Source of the DNA: Neocallimastix sp. 'constans'
Taxonomy: Eukaryota
Assembly (NCBI GenBank): GCA_050613775.1
Contig: JBODTK010000118.1
Location: forward strand, 124,001-188,000
Direction: 5' to 3'
Length of the DNA: 64,000 nucleotides
Shown here: piece after piece, positions 1 to 17,352 of the stretch
How positions within the stretch are numbered: the first letter of the stretch is position 1
Layout of the letters: each line of letters starts with the position of its first letter
Made by a program: the position numbers and the translations under genes
The notes under the pieces: generated by a model
What the model saw: the letters and a program-made list of their open reading frames with translations, nothing else
What the model was told of the DNA's origin: nothing
The model's database searches: none

Positions 1-811
1 TTCTAATGTCAAGTGTTCTTTATATTATTTGAAATATTAGCATTTTCTTTTAAAATATTATTATTATCATTATTATTATAATGGCTGTTATTGTTATTAT
101 AAGTATTATTATCATCATAAATATCATTATCAATATAAATATTATTATCATTATAAATATTATTATCATTAATGCTATTATTCTTATTATTAATATTATT
201 ATAATTATTATTGTAATTATTATTGTAATTATTATTATTATTAATATTATTATTACTATTGGAAGGATTTTTTTAAATGTGAATTATTGTTAATATTAAT
301 AATTTTATAAATATTATAATAAGTATTATTATCATTATAGATATTTATAAAAAAATTAAAATAAAAATAAAAATAAAAATAAAAATAAAAAAAAAGGTTC
401 TTTAAAGTTACGGTTTAGTTCAAGTCTATATTACTCCTATTAAAATAATGCATAACTAAGATTAAAAAAAAAAAAAGCAAAAAAGAAAAAAAGAAAAAAA
501 AAAAGAAAGGAAGAAAGGGCTTATATTAATATTAAAGATTTTTAGAGTTAGTCATCAATATCAATAGCTGTCAATAGTTTTTTTTTTTTTTAATTTTTTT
601 TATTTTTATTTAATTATTTTTTTTTTAAGTAATTACATTAATTTTTAATTTTACTTGAAACTAAAATAAACTATGTTACATTAATTTATGTATTGAATAA
701 AAATTATAAAATTTTTTTTTATTTAAATATAAAACTAAATGTATATATATATTTAAACCTAATTGCTAAATAACAATTACTGTAACAGTAAATAATAATA
801 ATAATAATAAT

Positions 812-868
<57 letters not shown>

Positions 869-1049
869 CTATAAAAAAAAAAAAAGAAAAATATTCTTAA
901 ATGTATTAATAAATAAATAAATGAACATATAATTTTTATATGAGTAAAGAAAAAAAAAAAGTTATAAATAAATGAGTTATAATTAAAATAAAAAAAAGCA
1001 AACAAAAGAAATGTCACGTATATAAGTAAACAAATAATATAATACTAAT

Positions 1050-4565
<3,516 letters not shown>

Positions 4566-5004
4566 TTTTGAAGTTTTATTCTTTTATTTTTATTTTTATT
4601 TTATTTTATTTTATTTTCTTAAAATTTTAATTTTTATTTTATTTTTATTTAATTTTTAATTTTTATTTTTTTCTTTTTATGTTTATTATTGATTTATTAT
4701 TAAATATTATTTATAAATATATACTTCTTTATATTCTTATTTTTTATAAATAATATGTGCCAAAATAAAAAAAAAAAAAAAAATTAATTTAATACATAAA
4801 ATTTTTCTTTTTTAAGTATATTTTTAAATAATTTATGATCTTTTTTTAAGAAAAAAGTAATTATATATATAATATATTTATATAATATTTATTATTATTA
4901 TTATTATTTTATTTTTATTGATAAATTGATTAAATGAACATTACTTTAAATCTTTCTAATAACATTCATTTGAAAAAAAAATTAAAGAAACAAAAAATAC
5001 AGGA

Positions 5005-5035
<31 letters not shown>

Positions 5036-5535
5036 AATTAAATAGAAATAAGATTATCGAATATGAAAAAAAATTTTTTTTTTTTTTTTTAAAAAAAATA
5101 ATAAAGTAAAATTATTAAATAAATTTTAATAATAAAATTTAATAATAATCGTATTCCATAATAAAATAAAGTTTAGAAATGTATATTTATACCTAAAAAT
5201 CATAAAAAAAAAAAAAAAAGGTAAAATTATATAAAATAAAAGAAAAATGTTTAAAAGAAAAAAATTAAAAACAAAACTTTGATTTTTTTTTTATTTATTA
5301 CTGTTTTTTCATTTTTTTTTTTTTTTTTTTTTCGATTAATATGATTTATTATATAAATTAAAATTTTTTATATAGTTTTTAAATAATAAAAAGTTAAAAT
5401 AATAATACATAAAAATTAACATATCATATATACTATCTAATTTTTTTTTTTTTTTTATTGGAATATAAAGTTTATAAAAAAATAAATAAAATAAAATAAA
5501 ATAAAATAAAATTAAATAATAATATTTTATTATTT

Positions 5536-5575
<40 letters not shown>

Positions 5576-6138
5576 CATTTTTAAAAAAACTCGAAAAAGA
5601 AAGTTTTTACACTTTTTATAAATATGTCGAATAGTTTGATTTTTATTGTTCAATGATTTATCACTGATTTTTATTGAAAATAATAAAATAAAATACTACA
5701 AGATATATATATTTTGTTATTCTTTTATTTTATGTAAAATTGTATATATATTTTAAATTATTATTATCATTATTATCATTATTATTATTATTATAAGATA
5801 ATATTTTATCTATTTAACTTTAATATTATTTCATTTATTTATTATATTTTATGATATTTTATTTTATTTTATTTTTTTATTTCTATTATTTAATTTAATT
5901 CATTTTATTTTATGTTTTAATATATATTATTCATTTTATATTTCATTTTATTATATTTAATTTTTATTGCTTTAATCTTTTTTTTTTTTTTATTTTTTTT
6001 TTTTATTTTACTTTATTTTTTTTCATTTTATATTATTTTATTTACATATTATTGAACTTCATATTTATAGTATTATATTTTAATTCGATATAGTAATATA
6101 TAGTAAGAATAATAACGACAACCTCGTATAAAAAAAAA

Positions 6139-6722
6139 ATGTCTGATGAAAATGATATGGGTAATAATGCTGGTGATAGCAGTATTGCAGAGTATGCTAC
6201 TTATGAAGATTATTTAGATAGTCAAATTACTCCTTTGGATATGTATTATTTGGAAGTAAATATATATTTTAATGAAAAACTTTTTTTAAATTATATACAT
6301 ATATTTATATATACATTTATATATAAAAGAAATATATAGTTTGAATTTATAATTATAATATTATTTTTTTTTTCCTCTTTCTTTTAATATTTTTTGAAAT
6401 AATTATTAAATATTATATAAATAATTAAATTAAACCAACTATAATTCATTTGAAAAAAAAAAAAAATAAAAAAAAAAGGATAAAGAACTTGCAAGACAAC
6501 TTGTAGAACTTGGATACAGAGGTTCTGGTGAACCTCTTAAACGTGAAGAATTTACTAGTAAAAAAAAAGCAGCTGAAATGTTCAGATTATCTAAACATAA
6601 TGCAACCAAAGTTTTATGTAGTCAGGATAAAGATTTAACTGGATTTCCTTTCCTAAAAGCATTGGCAGAAAGAGAAGAAGCTAATCGTAATGGAAAATTA
6701 ATGGTAAAAATGATGAAAATAA

Positions 6723-6797
<75 letters not shown>

Positions 6798-7615
6798 AAT
6801 ACGATTACTATATATTTTAATGAATAATAATAAATAATAAAAAATGAATAAAGAAGAATAGTGAATAATGAATAATAGTGAATAATGAATAATAGTGAAT
6901 AATGAATAATAGTGAATAATGAATAATAGTGAATAATGAATAATAGTGAATAATGAATAATAGTGAATAACAATGAATAATAAATAATGAATAGTTATTA
7001 AATAAAAGAGTGAAAATAAAAATTTTATATAAATAAAATATACAAATTTATATTTAAAATTATATTAATATGTATATATTTATTAAAATTTTTTATTATA
7101 AATATATATATATGTATAATTTTATTTGTATTGGTAAATTATTAGTCTATTATATTTATAAGAACACATAATAGTAAAGGTCAAGAAATTAGTGGATATA
7201 TAGATTATGCTCATCGTCTTAAGATTGAATCTTTTGAACAATATTTCCTAAGAAAAAAAACACTTCTTCCAAGACCATCTGATATGTCCTTTTATAATTG
7301 GGAAACACAAATTTGTACATGCAATGCAACTCCTAATTATCAAGTCATTTCAGATAATGAAAATGGTCTTCTTTTCAAGAATAAACGTGATAGAAAAATT
7401 ATAAATGTTGATCCTAAAGTAAAAAAAAAAAAAAAAAAAATCATTATTATAATTATTTTTTTTTTTAATTTATTTATATATATATTTATAACTATAAAAA
7501 AATTAATAAATTTTAGGAATCTAAACCAGGAGATAATTCCACAAGAACTGAAATACCAACGCAAGAATATATTCAAGTTGTAATATATGATCATTTTACA
7601 AGAAGAAAGAATTAA
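6139..7615 (+). CDS. CFAP299: Cilia- and flagella-associated protein 299 (C4orf22/DUF4464), exons 6139-6255, 6479-6703, 7146-7418, 7517-7615
   Basis: Spliced protein contains [75 protein letters not shown] and [12 protein letters not shown], the characteristic CFAP299 motifs. All junctions are in frame. Confidence 0.93.
6720..6970. repeat. (AATA)n followed by a 17-bp minisatellite (AGTGAATAATGAATAAT, about 7 copies) in CFAP299 intron 2
   Basis: Direct reading. Confidence 0.9.
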
Positions 7616-8293
7616 AAATTATTATTGATTATATTTACTTTAGTCATTGGAATGGTTAAATACCATTTATTATAAATATATAATATATATATTCATCATA
7701 TACATATATACAATTTTATTATATTATGAAAGTAAAAAAATATATATGTATATAAAATCTATTATCTTTTTATATATTTTATTTTTTACATTAGTTTATT
7801 TTTTAAATTATTTCTAATTATTAATTATTAAATAGTTATATTTTTAAAATTATTTCTATTTATCAATTAGTAAATAATAAAATAAAAAAAAAAAAAAAAA
7901 TTAAATAATATTTATAATAAATTTTAAAATAATTAATTATTTAAAAATTAAATTTTAAATATTTTAAAGTAATTATTAGTAATTATTTTATTATAAAAGA
8001 CGTAAAAATAATAAAAATAATATTATTAATTAAAATTATTTTAGAAATATCTTTATCTTATAAATCGTATTTATTATTTATTTTTTTTTTTTAATTGAAA
8101 AATTTCATATTTAAATTACATATATTTTTCAATATTTAATAATAATAATAATTATAATAATTATAATTATAATAATAATAATAATAATAATAATAAATGT
8201 TGATATTTGTTGATAAACTCCTGTTTAAAGAGAGATTATTATAAAGAAAAATAAAAAAAATTTTATTTATTAAAAAAAAAAATTTTTTTATTA

Positions 8294-8328
<35 letters not shown>

Positions 8329-8647
8329 ATTTCTTTAATAGTTATTTATTATACATTATATATTTATAAAGTTATTAATTTTATATAATATTATTTTCTT
8401 TATTGTTTTAGATAAGATTATTATTATTATTATTATTATTATTTTTTTTTTTGCATATAAATTATTATTTTTATATATATATATAAAAATAATAATTTAT
8501 ATATAGATAATATAAAAGATTTTATATAATTTCTTTAATTGTTTTTTATTTTAATATGCAATAAAAGTAAAGCAAAACAAAATAAATATATAAAAATTAA
8601 AAATAAATAAAATAAAATATATTTATACATATATTATTATTATTTCA

Positions 8648-8693
<46 letters not shown>

Positions 8694-8714
8694 ATAAGAT
8701 TATTAATTAATTAA

Positions 8715-9820
8715 CTATTTATAATAACAATTTACATTAATAACCCATCTTAAAGTTTTTCCTCTGAATGGTTTCTTATCTAATGAAGGAATTGGTGGTT
8801 CATTAATTGGTACAACACAGGCATTCATAATTAATGAATTATCATCCTTAGAATACATAGCACAAAGATCTGATCCTGTATTATTGTTGTTACTATTAAT
8901 ACTTTCACTAGTAGTACTTGCTGAAATATAGGTAGGTGAAAAATTCATATTCATATTTTGTGAATTATTTTGTGAATAGTCGAAAGAACTATCGTCGGAT
9001 TGTCCAAAAAATAAATTCATGGCATTATTATCAGATGGTAATTTTGAAGAACGACGCTTTTTCTTATCATCTTGCTTATTAATAAGAAATCCTCTATTAC
9101 CTTTATTAATAATAATATTTTTTTTATTTTCTTTCTCATTATCATTTTTATTATCATTTTCATTTTCATTTTCATTTTTATTTTCTTCTTCCTTAATAAT
9201 ATTAGGGTCATTAGGGTCACAGAAGGCACTAAAAGATCCTGGTATACTATTATGACTACTATGAGAATAGGTCGTTGATCTTGATCTTGAATGACTATAT
9301 CTTGAAGATCCATTACTTGGTTTGGTAGATGCATTATACATAGAAAATGCATGATCCCGATGTAAATTAGTTCGTCTTGGCTCCGTATTTTTGAATTGTG
9401 ATTCATTATTATTATTATTATTATTAATAGTATTATTATTATTAAAAACATTTTCGTATTGAACCTTTTGATCGGTAATTGTTACTTCACAGAGATTTGG
9501 TATATTTTGTGGTGTTACTTGTGGTGGTGGTTCTGATGGCAACTGAAGGAAGGAAGGTAAATTATTATTAATATTATTATTATTATTACTATTATTATAA
9601 TTAATGTTGTTATTGTTGTTGTTTTGCAGGATAGGTGATGGAGTTGAATTGTACTGTGGCATTGGATAATTACTATTACTATTCGGAGCAAATCTCATAT
9701 ATTGAGATGATGATGATGATTCATCAATAGAACTTAATTCACAGAGATTTGGTATATTTCCAAGATTATTACTAGATGTACTAGTACTATTTTGTTGTGG
9801 AATTTGAAGGAAGGAAGGTA

Positions 9821-9869
<49 letters not shown>

Positions 9870-11392
9870 TATATTAGTATTGGTTTTTAAATTATTAACC
9901 ACTTCATTATTTTCACTACTGACAGAGAGAGATCTAGATATTTTGTTACGTATATCTTGACTAATACTACCAACTTTATTTGAACTGGGTGGTGGAGGTG
10001 GTGGAAGTGATTTCTTCTTCTTTACCATTTGGGCTTTCTTTTGCATTGCAAGAATTGAGGATACGGTTGTTGAACTGGTTTCAACTTGTGATACTGGGGA
10101 TACTACTGATGATGTCTCAATAGTATTTCCTGAGGTATTATTAGAATTATTATCATTACTATTATTTCTACTATTACTTTTTATATTACTATTTTCATCA
10201 TTTTCATTATTGCTATCATTTACTTGTAATGATGGGACTGATTTCTCTTGTGATGGAGTTGGTAAGACAGGTGCTACTTTCTCTGTTGGGGTAGGCGGAG
10301 CAGGTGTTGTTTTCTTAAGTGGTGTTGGTGGAGCAGATATTGTTTTCTTTGCAGGAGTTGGCGGAGCAGGTGTCGTTTTTTTTACTTGGACGGATATTGA
10401 AGTCGTTTGGGAATTATTTTTAGAAGGAATCGATGGTTTTGGAGAGCCAGTAGTACTATTATTTTTAACGGGAGGTGGGGGTGGAATCACTTTCCTTACT
10501 GGTGCTGATTTTGGAGTCATTGGAGAATTAACATTTGCATGTGTGGTTTGTTTTGGCGAGTCAGTAACACTATTATTTTTAATTGGTGGCGGTGGTGGAA
10601 CCACTTTCTTTATTGGTGCAGATTTAGGCGTCATTGAACCATTTTTAAAGGGAAGTTCTGATGTTGGAGAATTTGTATTACGATTCTTTAATGGGATAGG
10701 GGGTGGACCTACTTTATTGAATTTTGGTGAATTAGAAATATTTGATGAAACAGTTATTGAAGAAGAAGTAGATGGTTTGGGTGGTACATGTGGTTCCATT
10801 TTTTTTAATGTCATTGGAGATAAAACGTCTGAATTTGGTTTAGATGGGATATTTGGCTTTATTTTCGGTAAAGGTCTGGCATTTTGTTCTTCTTCTGTAT
10901 TATCTAAACCAATGACACTTTCAATTTCTTGACATAATGAATTAAGACTATTACTAATTTCTTCAATACTTCCACCAAAATTATCAATAGAATTTGATAG
11001 TTTAGGTGGTACTTGAAGAAGTTCCTTTTTATTTGTCACATTTTTTTTTAATATGGGAGATGCAGTTGAATTATTTTGTTCCAGTAATTCTTTTAAATGT
11101 TTGGCTTCGGAGGAAGCACTATATGCTTCAATATTAGGTTCTGTTTTTTTTGAAGCATCTATTGATACTTCTTTGGATTCAATGACAGCAATTTTTCTTT
11201 GTTCAACAATACCTGTTTCTATTTCAAATCTTTTTTTTTTTTTTTTTTGAATTTATATAAATTTTTATTTATTCCATTTTTATTATTTTTTTTTCATATT
11301 GTTGAATAAAATGTTTTATCATCATAATTTATATATATATATATATAAATATATAATTATTAAATTGTGTGTTAATTATCATTAAAATTTAT

Positions 11393-11444
<52 letters not shown>

Positions 11445-11878
11445 TTTATAATTATCGTTGTTTGTTGTTTGTATTAATATAATTTTCAAATAATAAAAAC
11501 CATTTTTTAATTAATTTTTATTTATTTATTTCATTATATATAATAATCATCCATTTAATAATATATACATATATAAAATAATAATAATAAAATAATAATA
11601 ATAATATATATGATTGAATAATGTTAATGTTAGTTATTGTTTTTTATTATATATACAATATAGATAATTGTAATTATTGATATAAAAATTATTATTGGCT
11701 ATAGCAATAACCTTTTTGTACTAGAAACACTACTCGAATGAGGTCTATGTCCTTCCGAATTTGATATCGCACCTGTTTGATTTTGGGCACATTCAAATAT
11801 TTCTCTTTTCGATTTTAATGGTTTCCATGCTGGATCATTTAAATTTTCTTCATTACTTGATAAATCGTTATTACTCAT
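8715..11878 (-). CDS. Proline/serine/asparagine-rich low-complexity protein of unknown function; exons 11878-11712 and 11229-8736/8715, possible extra last exon 8220-8167
   Basis: ATG at 11878 follows a poly-A leader. The intron 11711-11230 joins in frame to the 774-aa ORF. Many PxxP and polyproline motifs. Confidence 0.75.
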
Positions 11879-12757
11879 TTTTTTTTTTTATGTAATTTTT
11901 GTCTTTACTTTATATACCAATTATTATAACATTTATTAATATAAAAAACTTGAAAAATATTATTAATTTATATATATTTTTGGATATGTATACCAATCTT
12001 TCAGGTAATTAATATTTAAAATAATAATTGTTATTATTATTTTTTTTAAATATATATTATTATTTTAAATATATTTATATTTTCAAATATATATAAAATA
12101 ATATGTATTATAATATGTATTATAATATTTATTTAAAAGAAAAAATTTTTATTAAAAAAAAAAAAAAAAATAAAATAAAATAAAATAAAATAAAAAAAAA
12201 AAAAAAAAAAAAAAAGAAATACAATAAAATAAAGACAAAATAAAAATAAAGTTAAATTAGTATTGATAATAGTTATAATTTATTTATAATATAAGATTTC
12301 GATAATTTTCTTTAATAATTTTAAAAAACTTTAATATATTTAATATCTTTTGATATTAAATATATTATAAATTATAAAAAATGTCAAATACTCATTAAAT
12401 AAAGAAAAAAAATATTAAATATTACATTTTTTTTTTCTTTCTTTTTTTTTTTATTTGAAAGAATTAAATCTAAAAATAATATTATAATATAAATAAATAT
12501 ATGAATATATATTTATTTATTTGTTATTAAATAAAATTTGAATTAAATATACTTTAATTTTAAAACCATAGATAATACAAAATCTTTATATATATAAATA
12601 CTGATATAAATACTTATTAGATACATATTATTGTAATTAAAGTATATTTAATTTAGTATACAATAATTTAAATAACATATTTATATATATATATTTTATT
12701 AATATTTCTAATTATTATTACTATTTTTTGATTATAAACATGATTATTATAATGTTT

Positions 12758-12870
12758 TTATAATGCTGGCAATTTAGATATCTAATAATATTTTATATAT
12801 AATGTAACATAAAAGTAATTAATAATAAAGAAAATGTTTTTTAAACATAATATAAGTTATTTTATTTCAT

Positions 12871-12901
<31 letters not shown>

Positions 12902-14717
12902 GTATTTACTCTATTTTTAAATTGCGATATCAACTCTTCCATATCTCCAAGTTTTTCTTCAATACTAGATATATTATAAGTTTGCTTTGACAAAAACATA
13001 TCAACATCTTGTAATGATGATAATAATTTACTTTGATTACTATTAATTTGATTAATTTCCATTAAAATTTTCTATATAGTTTTATAATTTAGAAAATGTA
13101 ATACATTAATTTTTTTAAGTTTTTTAATCTTTTATTTAATATATTTTATAAATATATAAGCAATTAAACATTAATAATAATATAATAGGTTACATTAGAT
13201 TCTTCACTTCTCTTTTTATATATTTCTCTACATTTTTCTATAATAGATCCATAATCCTTAATATTTGTCTATAATTATTTTTATAATATAATGTTTATTT
13301 AAAAAAAAAAAAAAAAAAAAAAATAAAAAAAGACAATAACAAAAAATTATTATTATTGTCAAATAAGTATATATCAAATATTTATTATAATAATTTAATG
13401 ATACCTTTATATTATTAATTGAATTTTTGCATTGCTTTTCAACATTCATTACTTTTTCAATCGCGATATATGATTTTAGCCCAATTTTAATTATTTTATC
13501 ATTGCTTTATAATTTTTTAAATTAATATACATTAATAAATTTTAAACATATAATAAATTTGGTTATATTAATTATATCAATATATAAATAAATATATATA
13601 TATATATATAGTTTTTTTTTTTAATACTTTTCTAATGATTTTCTTGTTTCATATAAATCTGAATATGATTTTGTTTTTCTTAAATATCTATTATTTAAAG
13701 AATGATTGTGCTTTGATTTTTGATATTCCTTAATTTTATTAATTAACATATTTTCTTCGATAAAATTTCTATAATTATCAATTTTTAAATTCTGATTTTC
13801 ATTTTCATCAATTAATTTTATGTTTTCAATTTCTTCAATCTTTTGACGAGTTCTTGATTCTATTACTGAATTTGAATGATTTAAATATACTATTTGACTT
13901 AATATTAATTCTTGATCTTTTTGTTTAATGGATTCATTATCAGAAACTTGAATATTTTCTTCATTTTTAATTTCATTTTCAACAGTTTCATTCTCATTTT
14001 CAATACTATATATATCATTACTTTCTTCATCTATTTTTTTTACAATAAAAATAAATTATTTATACTAGTAATTAATATTAATTATTATATATTTTATTTT
14101 ATATAATATATAATCAATATTTACCATAATCATAATAATCTTCTTTAATATAAATATCATGAATTCTATTTAGATTATGAAAAAAAAAAAATTTTTTTTT
14201 AACTATTTTTTTTTCTTAATTCATACTATTATTGATAGCAATAATAATTATTTAAAATAAAATTTTATTTTTACTTTCTATCTAATCTTTCTATATCTTG
14301 TGGTGCTTGACTATTACTGTTATTTCTTTTAATATCATTTAATTTCATAATAGAACTTTATAATGGATAATAATTAATAATCAAATAGAATAAAAAATAT
14401 TAATTAAAAAATATTAAATATAATATAATTATGTTTCAAATTTACTTGCTAAATATATTTTTTAAATTATCCATTGATTTTATATTTTCATTAATATTCT
14501 TCTTTTTTCCACTTAGAAGATATTTTAATCTGTCAATATTTATATGCTGAAAATAAAATGAAAAATCATTCTTTTCATTTAAACTTTTATACTAGAAATA
14601 TATATATTGTAAGAAGTAAAATAAATTACATAAACATATACATATAAAAGAAATAATGAAAGATTAATAAGATAAATCAAATAAATTAATAAAAGAATTG
14701 TAGTATATAATACACAA

Positions 14718-14780
<63 letters not shown>

Positions 14781-16080
14781 AATACTTTATGTTTGGATGA
14801 AGCAATACTATTTTTATATATTTCATTAATTTTTATTATAGTGGACTCATTTAATTCAGCACTTTTTTCACCACTCATTTTTAAATTATTATTTTTCTAT
14901 ATTAATTAATTTTTTTTTTTAATCTAATATATTTGTAATATTTTTACATTATATAAAGAAATTAAATAATAATAATGTATAAATACCTTAAATGCTATAA
15001 TTTGTCTTTCGAAATTGTTGGGAAATTGGAAAGGATCTTTTGTTGACTATTTCAAATAATATTTAAAAAGAAATTAAATTAGAAAAATTTTTATTAATTA
15101 TTATTTATTTTTATAATATTGATATATATATATATATAATTATTATTATTATTATTAATATCATTATTATTTTGTTTACTTGATATCCTAAAACATGAAG
15201 TTTAAATTTTAAATCAACAATTTGTCTGATAATTTCCTTTATTAAAGCTGGACTACACAAATTTGAATCTATCTATTAAAAATAAAAAAATAATAAGAGG
15301 AATTTATAAGTAATTAATATTATATTTATAATATCTTTTTTTTTTTTCTTTAACTTTTAGAAAAAAAAAAAATCAATAAAAAGATATATACTTCGGTATC
15401 ATATGAACTCATAGTGGTATAAAATCTTCTGATGGCTGTTAAAGTTTCATCACATAAAAGTCCATCATCACATTTTGTTTCAACAATCATTCCTAAAAAA
15501 TAAAGTGATATTTGTATAATTTTTCCCAATTCTATTATTGCGAAATTAAATGGAACACTGGGATGAATATCAAATAATTGATAAAATTTGTCTTTTTGAG
15601 CATCACTATAATTTTTATTTTTTACACAATAAATAATGAAAAAAGTCATGATCATATAATATATAATATTAGATAAAAATATTTATTTTATTTAAAATAC
15701 TATTAAATTTATATATAAATAAAAATCTATTATTTAACCTTGGTTCATTCAAAGTTAAAATACCTCTTCCACCACAACCGAATTTTTTTAAATTAATATT
15801 AATATATACTAATAAAAGTATTATGTATTATGAATAATAAATATTGTTTTTTTAAAAAAATTATAAACAATAATATTTTTAATATAATATGCTAACGTTT
15901 TTCTTTATGACTTTCATAATCTCCATCTATTAATCGTAATGTTGATAATGAAGTTGGAAAAGAAATAAGTTCAGTAACCATAATAACATCGTTATTGGCC
16001 AACTTTCAATAATTAATATATCATATATTATTATTAGATTTTAAAATTCACATAAAGAAAGTGAATTTAACATATATTTT

Positions 16081-16129
<49 letters not shown>

Positions 16130-16674
16130 TAAAAATAAGTATATGATTATTACTGTCTTCGGTTTCGCTTTATCTATTTTATATTGTTTAAATAAATTTT
16201 CTATGGTTTGTCCATAATCTTCTCTTTTTGGCGATAAGAAATTTATAGAGCATACATGAATCTAATATATATTATATTATATAAATATATGTTTGCGTAT
16301 ATATGTAAAATAAGAGATATTTTAGTCTCTTAGACTATTAATATTATTTTTATTAAAAATTATTATTCAATTATTGTTTTAATTTTAGTATTAACTAAAT
16401 TATTTAAATATTATTTTGACAATTAATCAATCAATTAAATAAGAAAAAATAATTATTTCAAGTAAGAAGATTATTGTAATACTCTATCATTAGGATTTCC
16501 AGTATACACAATAATTGTTTTACAGAGCCTACTTCTATCTGTTACCCAATCTAATACAATATATGCTTGAAATCCTTCGAGATATAATGAATTCTCTTTT
16601 ACTGTTATTGAACTATTTTCATTTGCTAACGCATACATTGAATTTATTTCCAATACACATAATTTCATCTTCAT
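12758..16674 (-). CDS. STB6: STB6/STB2-like (Sin3-binding family) protein, many exons, coiled-coil C-terminus
   Basis: LYLEGFQAYIVLDWVTDRSRLCKTIIVYTGNP, NLKKFGCGGRG, DAQKDKFYQLF and IQISLYFLG..DDGLLCDETLTAI match the fungal STB6 N-terminal domain. The first exons were checked in frame; the 3' end (ISKLPAL*) is less certain. Confidence 0.82.
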
Positions 16675-17352
16675 TTTGGTTAAAGTATCGTAATTAAAAA
16701 TATGGATAAAAAAAGAATAAAGATTAATTCAGATATGATATTATGGTTTATACTTTATAGTAGTATTTATTATAGAGTTATTTTTTTAATTTTATTATAT
16801 AAAATTTGATTATATAATTTAAATATTTTATATAAATATTATTATGTGCATTTAGTAAATATTGAAAAAAATATATAAGTTTCAATATTTAATGATGGTT
16901 TTTCAATTGATATAATAATATTATTTTAATTATTAAAACTATAAATTTTCAAATATTAATAATTATAAAAAATTTTTGGTTACTAAAAATGATATTAATA
17001 TTTTAAAAACTATAAATATATTAATATAAATTCATATTATTAATATTATATTTTAAAATTATATTTTATAGTATAATTTCATATTTTTAATTAATAAAAA
17101 TTTCTTTTTTTATACATAAATATAAATTTTTAATATATTTATTAAAAATTATTATTAATTATTTTAATAATAAGAAAAGTAAATAAAAATTTTTATTTCT
17201 TTATTTAAAAATAGTTTTGATTAAAACAAATTAATTTTTATTATTACAAAGAAGAAGAAATAAAAAAAAAATATATATATATATAGACACTTGTTATATA
17301 ATCTAGTAATAAATATAATAATAAAATATAAAATATAATTTTTATTAATAAA

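Noticed and set aside
81..293. Ile-rich 70-aa ORF, and similar poly-I/L/F/N ORFs (e.g. 33641-34003, 43814-44029, 53582-53902, 56250-56510, 61539-61742)
   Set aside because: Translations of microsatellites and AT-rich intronic or intergenic DNA with no coding composition.
395..570. Slightly GC-elevated patches at the window start
   Set aside because: No frame or splice structure could be built; possibly UTR of a gene outside the window.
6856..6970. Regular repeats as a CRISPR-like array
   Set aside because: Head-to-tail minisatellite with no unique spacers, inside a eukaryotic intron.
10210..10932. 240-aa Gly/Val-rich ORF on +
   Set aside because: Antisense shadow of the proline-rich gene. 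The same applies to 21374-22042, 26080-26670 and 32774-33202.
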